Virus record (IMG/VR): IMGVR_UViG_3300048839_001287
Span: 1-58,045 of that record
From: a virus
Taxonomy: Duplodnaviria > Caudoviricetes
Length of the DNA stretch: 58,045 nt
Strand: one strand, 5' to 3'
Of the stretch, positions 55,341 to 58,045 are shown piece after piece. How positions within the stretch are numbered: the stretch's first letter is position 1; every line of letters begins with the position of its first letter. The notes beneath the pieces were generated by a model. It searched no databases. It was not told the origin of the DNA and saw nothing but the letters and a program-made list of their open reading frames with translations. The translations under genes were made by a program, and so were the position numbers.

Positions 55341-56309
55341 TTAACAAGTAGTTATTGTTGGTGATGCATATACAGAACAAAGCTCGTTTAAACAGAACTT
55401 TGCTGGCCCAAAACATGGGTTAGTAATTGTATATGTATAACCAACACCAACCTCATACTCTATGTCAACGGTTCCTCCCCCATTATCGGTTAACCAATCT
55501 TGAAGGTCTGTCTCTAATTGAAGAGCATCTGCCTCTTCGTCTGTATCATAAGGAAAATTAAATTGTTCGGGGTAATAAAAATTGGAGATGAAGGTTCCAT
55601 CTGTCAATTGTATTGAATTAATATTATTACCTTCTGCCACTACTCCGGAATAACAAAGTACATTTCCAGTACAGTTAGCTGTTACTCTAATTGTAAATTG
55701 CGCGACTTTGTAACATTCTCTGCAACTCTGATCAAATCCTGGCAGCGAGTCAGCATATCCGCCGTATTGAAATTGATATATTCCAACTCCGGCTGTAGAA
55801 GGATTAAATGTATCATCAGTAATATCATTGGTCGTACCACCATTACCATATCCCGAATAGGTTTCTACAACTACTCTATTAGCCCAACCAACGTTAGAAG
55901 AACCGGCAGTACTTGGGGCATCATCACCCCACTCATCATATATATTTAAAGCTGTGTTATTAGTCACAAGAAACCCCCTTGTAGTACTTATTCCCGAATC
56001 AAAAGCCGGAGCAATAGGAACTACAAAGTTTACATTTTGTTCGGCACAAGCCCCAATAACGTCTACAGTAAAAGTCCAACTATAATAACCACCTGTATGC
56101 TCTTCCGACAAAAAAGAAAAATCTGATACAGTGTTTCCAATAGCAGGGAATTCTCCTGGCGGATCAGCCGGAGTATCTGCAAATTGTGCGAGATTATCTA
56201 CATCCCCATCAAATGTTTCACTATACCCATTATAAGTATAAGAGGTTGTTGCTCCTGTAGGAAGAAGAACACCGGTTAAAAACGAAGAAAGACTTTTTCT
56301 ACAGCTCAT
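55341..56309 (-). CDS. Acidic beta-rich structural protein
   Basis: Thr/Asp/Gly-rich with paired Cys; FNPSTAGVGIYQFQY Ig-like segment. Confidence 0.55.
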   Translation of the reverse strand: MSCRKSLSSFLTGVLLPTGATTSYTYNGYSETFDGDVDNLAQFADTPADPPGEFPAIGNTVSDFSFLSEEHTGGYYSWTFTVDVIGACAEQNVNFVVPIAPAFDSGISTTRGFLVTNNTALNIYDEWGDDAPSTAGSSNVGWANRVVVETYSGYGNGGTTNDITDDTFNPSTAGVGIYQFQYGGYADSLPGFDQSCRECYKVAQFTIRVTANCTGNVLCYSGVVAEGNNINSIQLTDGTFISNFYYPEQFNFPYDTDEEADALQLETDLQDWLTDNGGGTVDIEYEVGVGYTYTITNPCFGPAKFCLNELCSVYASPTITTC

Positions 56310-56974
56310 AGCCTAATCCAATTTATTTTGTGTTTATTCGGAGATTTTCTATTCCCTCCGAAGTTACATGTAATCTCTTTCTGGTTAACTAAAGAATGGT
56401 TGAATGGAACTTCAAAATAGTTTACTATATTACCATCGGTAAAACTAAACTTATATTTTTTATTGTCCCAATCTATTGTCAAATTAATCAGCCCAATAGC
56501 GTTTTTTGATAACTCTAAAGCGACTTCTTTATCTTGATAAGCCACACCAGATTTTACAACAGGGATTATTCTTTTAGAGTCTACATGACAATAAGCACAA
56601 AGTTCATACTTATTTGTGTCTATATTTTTTCTAAATCCCCACATAGCGGCATCAATTAAATGGTTTAAATAATTGAAAGAAATACCGCCACCTTTATTCC
56701 AATCTCTCTGATCTATACTTTGAAGATCATAATGAGACTCTTCTGTAAATTTCACTTGCCAAGCAAACTGAGATTTCTTTTTCCAGAAATGAGGAATATG
56801 GAGTAACCAACCATTAATCCAATATTCTTTCCCTCCTTTGTAACAAACTAAAGTCTTAAGATTTTGGTTTGCTGCTTTATATAATCCATTTTCTTCTTGC
56901 CAGCCCCTATTTAATAGATATAAAGTTAAAGCCACAAAGGCTGCACCAGCAATTATTAGTAATCCAGTTAGCAT
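56306..56974 (-). CDS. Membrane-anchored beta-sandwich protein
   Basis: N-terminal TM helix and aromatic-rich beta domain (DWNKGGG...WGFR...NFGGN). Confidence 0.6.
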   Translation of the reverse strand: MLTGLLIIAGAAFVALTLYLLNRGWQEENGLYKAANQNLKTLVCYKGGKEYWINGWLLHIPHFWKKKSQFAWQVKFTEESHYDLQSIDQRDWNKGGGISFNYLNHLIDAAMWGFRKNIDTNKYELCAYCHVDSKRIIPVVKSGVAYQDKEVALELSKNAIGLINLTIDWDNKKYKFSFTDGNIVNYFEVPFNHSLVNQKEITCNFGGNRKSPNKHKINWIRL

Positions 56975-57056
56975 AAGTTATTTTTTAAACGTGTTAAAAG
57001 ACCCTTCAATTTTTTAAAGAATCTGCGTAGTCCCATTAATTCGTCTTCAATTACTG

Positions 57057-57698
57057 TCATTGTTCAACCAGCCGGTATTTTCCAGTAATATCTTCCCAAA
57101 CAGTCTTCCCTTTATCGTTGGCACCGAGCTTAAATACCGGGACTGGAACACTGTTGATCTCCAAAATCATGGTATTATCAGACCTGCGTTCTACCGAGTA
57201 AAAGATATTGTTGTCTGCAACTTGTCGGAGACGAAGGCTTTCGTTTTGACGCTGAAACAACTCGTAGCTGCCTTGGTTGGCACCGTCCATTACAAATCTA
57301 AAAGTAGATAATACGCGGCCTTGTCCTTCAAATCCTGGATAGAAATAGTCACGAGTTGCTTTCTCAAGAGTAATGCCCCCGATGGAAGCGTAGAGGTTTT
57401 TCAGGTCACGAACCTTGGCTTTGAGTACCCGGCTACCCAGGATGTAAGACACAGCGGCACCACCTACCTCTTGGTTGAGGTTGATGTATTGAGCCAGGAT
57501 AAATTGCTTGGTCTGTGCCGTGTCACCAATCGCAGTAGGATTGATGTTTAGATTACGACCAACAGGTGTATACTGGATGTCACGTGCTTCATAAAAAGCA
57601 CCGTCTTGCCAGATGAGATAAGAAGTGTCTTTAGTTACTTTCTGAGCGAAAAGATTTGCTGCGAACAGCGACAGAATAATAATTAGAATGTTTTTCAT
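57057..57698 (-). CDS. Secreted hypothetical protein with Sec signal peptide
   Basis: MKNILIIILSLFAANLFA-Q signal peptide with +1 Gln. Confidence 0.7.
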   Translation of the reverse strand: MKNILIIILSLFAANLFAQKVTKDTSYLIWQDGAFYEARDIQYTPVGRNLNINPTAIGDTAQTKQFILAQYINLNQEVGGAAVSYILGSRVLKAKVRDLKNLYASIGGITLEKATRDYFYPGFEGQGRVLSTFRFVMDGANQGSYELFQRQNESLRLRQVADNNIFYSVERRSDNTMILEINSVPVPVFKLGANDKGKTVWEDITGKYRLVEQ

Positions 57699-57738
57699 AG
57701 TTTGATAAAGTTTTTGATTTTTTTGTAAATACAGTAAA

Positions 57739-58044
57739 TTATGTTTTACAATGCCAGGTAGCTGTGACGGCTGTACTCGTTACTGCTGCCCCTGTCATAT
57801 CGTAAAATCGAACTGTGAAATTAGTGGCGTCTATGGTGTGAACGGTGACAACGTAAGGCGTTGTTCCTGTAACTGTCACCTGTACGCTGGTGGGTGTGGT
57901 GACCATGCCGTGGGCTACCACTATGTCTCCGCTGGCGTCGGTGCTGGTGGAGATGGCGGCATATTTTTCTGCCGTTTCAATCAGCTTCCCAGCGGAGGTT
58001 ACGGAAATACTTTTAGCCGGTGTGCCGGTAATGTTGCCGGAGCC
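57739..58044 (-). CDS. Tail fibre-like protein, C-terminal end (truncated by window)
   Basis: Frame is open from the window edge (GSGNITGTPAKS...VAHGMVTTPTSVQVT...FTVRF...ATWHC); Thr-rich beta tip; GC-rich. Confidence 0.6.
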   Translation of the reverse strand, partial: GSGNITGTPAKSISVTSAGKLIETAEKYAAISTSTDASGDIVVAHGMVTTPTSVQVTVTGTTPYVVTVHTIDATNFTVRFYDMTGAAVTSTAVTATWHCKT

Positions 58045-58045
58045 G

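Noticed and set aside
1-58045. Stop-codon reassignment as in some crAss-like phages
   Set aside because: Genes up to 9.6 kb are open in the standard code, and TAA, TGA and TAG all end genes at sensible boundaries.

Overview
A 58-kb fragment of an AT-rich crAss-like (Crassvirales-type) phage genome, most likely infecting a Bacteroidota host and read in the standard genetic code. Two convergent gene blocks meet at a bidirectional terminator near 23.9 kb. The + strand (1-23.9 kb) has three tRNAs, small hypothetical genes, a SleB-like hydrolase, a replication set (family A DNA polymerase, SF2 and DnaB-like helicases, AAA ATPase, SSB-like protein, primase, UDG, resolvase, 5'-3' exonuclease), a phage IF3 homologue, and a dispersed, more GC-rich phiEco32-like amidoligase/ATP-grasp/amidotransferase/GGCT gene set. 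The - strand (23.9-58 kb) has the end of a fibre gene, a lysis cassette, tail ring and stabilisation genes, and five cargo (ejection) genes including a 3200-aa virion RNA polymerase polyprotein. Main observations: (1) the three giant cargo proteins (6277 aa together) contain only four cysteines, all at the two gene-to-gene junctions, which suggests head-to-tail covalent chaining; (2) tRNA-Arg(UCU) is split by a complete group I intron carrying an antisense HNH endonuclease; (3) the RNAP polyprotein carries zincin, RNase H and macro-like domains. All family assignments come from motif recognition by eye; no database searches were run.
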